This document shows positions 63,263 to 64,000 of a DNA stretch of 64,000 bases, piece by piece. The notes beneath the pieces are model-generated. The model had not been told where the DNA came from, did not search any database, and saw only the letters and a program-made list of their open reading frames with translations. Each line of letters starts with the position of its first letter. Positions within the stretch are counted from its first letter, which is position 1. The position numbers were made by a program, and so were the translations under genes. The stretch is from an uncultured bacterium (GTDB lineage Bacteria > Chloroflexota > UBA5177 > JANWHV01): the NCBI GenBank assembly GCA_963729625.1, contig CAVSOU010000005.1:57467-121466 (forward strand). Reading direction: 5' to 3'.

Positions 63263-64000
63263 TCATGATTTTCTTAAGCTGCGGTTCAACATCAACGTGG
63301 CCAGCAGCAGCAGCGCAGCGCCTGCGTTATGGGCCGTGGCCAGAAACAGCGGGAAGCCGCGCAGCACCATGAAGCTGCCGATGCACAGCTGAAGGATGAG
63401 GGCAGCCAGCACCGCCCAGGCCGCCGTGCGGGCGCCGGCAATGCGGCTGCGCAGCGTCGCCCAGACCGCAAACGCGAGCGCGAGCGTCGCGACGATTGCG
63501 CCCAGCCGGTGCGTGAAATGGATCGCCACGCGGGCCGGCAGATCCAGCACACCGCCCTCGTAGTTCACACCCAGGCCCCGCCACAGCACGAACGCGTCGT
63601 GGAAGTCGGCGCTGGGCCACCAGTGGTTCTGGCAGGTCGGCAGGTCCGGACAGGCCACTGCCGCATAGTTTGTGCTGGTCCAGCCGCCGAGCAGGATCTG
63701 GACAACCAGCGCAACCAGACCCAGCGTCGCCGCCCGCACGGCAAGCCGGGCCAGGGGCGCCTTTAGCACCAGCGAGGCTCTGCCCGTGCTCTGGCCCCAG
63801 GCAGTGCCACTTCCCAGGCCCCTGAGCGACAACCACAGCCACCACAGCACCGACACCGTCAGCAGCCCGAACACCAGGTGCGAGGTTACGATCAGGGGCT
63901 TTACCTTCCAGGTCACCGTGAGCATCCCCAGGAGCCCCTGGAAGAGCACCAGCGCCACCAGGCCAATCGGCAGCGCGCGCGGCATGTGCCGTTCGCGGCG
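63263..64000 (-). CDS. ctaA: Heme A synthase (COX15/CtaA), 5' part outside the window
   Basis: QGLLGMLTV..KP..VTSHL..G, LGGWTSTNYAAVACPDLPTC, IHFTHR, TAHNAGAA. Confidence 0.9.
   Translation of the reverse strand, partial: RRERHMPRALPIGLVALVLFQGLLGMLTVTWKVKPLIVTSHLVFGLLTVSVLWWLWLSLRGLGSGTAWGQSTGRASLVLKAPLARLAVRAATLGLVALVVQILLGGWTSTNYAAVACPDLPTCQNHWWPSADFHDAFVLWRGLGVNYEGGVLDLPARVAIHFTHRLGAIVATLALAFAVWATLRSRIAGARTAAWAVLAALILQLCIGSFMVLRGFPLFLATAHNAGAALLLLATLMLNRSLRKS

Overview
GC-rich gammaproteobacterial chromosome segment (gene content suggests a Steroidobacteraceae/Nevskiales-like organism; inference), with many indels in accessory genes. The left backbone has a Wzy-type, PEP-CTERM/XrtA-like exopolysaccharide operon, gltA, rpmE, a DARS-like DnaA-box/IHF cluster, hemW-rdgB-rph-PP2C and yicC. 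The right backbone has gmk-rpoZ-spoT-ridA-recG-ubiA, then GNATs, a VanZ-family gene, DUF4198, a subclass B3 metallo-beta-lactamase and heme A synthase. About 37.6 kb of accessory DNA separates the normally adjacent yicC and gmk. Its most striking feature is a tandem array of att junctions: the 3' end of yicC (GGTGCA core) recurs at 14598, 16420, 31925 and 35231, each preceded at fixed distances by arm-type (T/A)(G/A)TAGCT-like repeats (-80/-68) and an IHF-like site (about -30). These junctions delimit four integrase-free cassettes (1.6, 1.8, 15.5 and 3.3 kb), each with a toxin-antitoxin module or remnant, followed by one P4-like integrase with defence-type cargo (AAA_21/RloB, SWIM-SNF2, a putative R-S-E ADP-ribosyltransferase, an AbiE-like pair). 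The largest cassette encodes an uncharacterised duplicated periplasmic module (four paralogous secreted proteins plus one intact and one degenerate MBL-fold protein) next to a TonB-dependent receptor. All calls come from reading the sequence; no searches were run.
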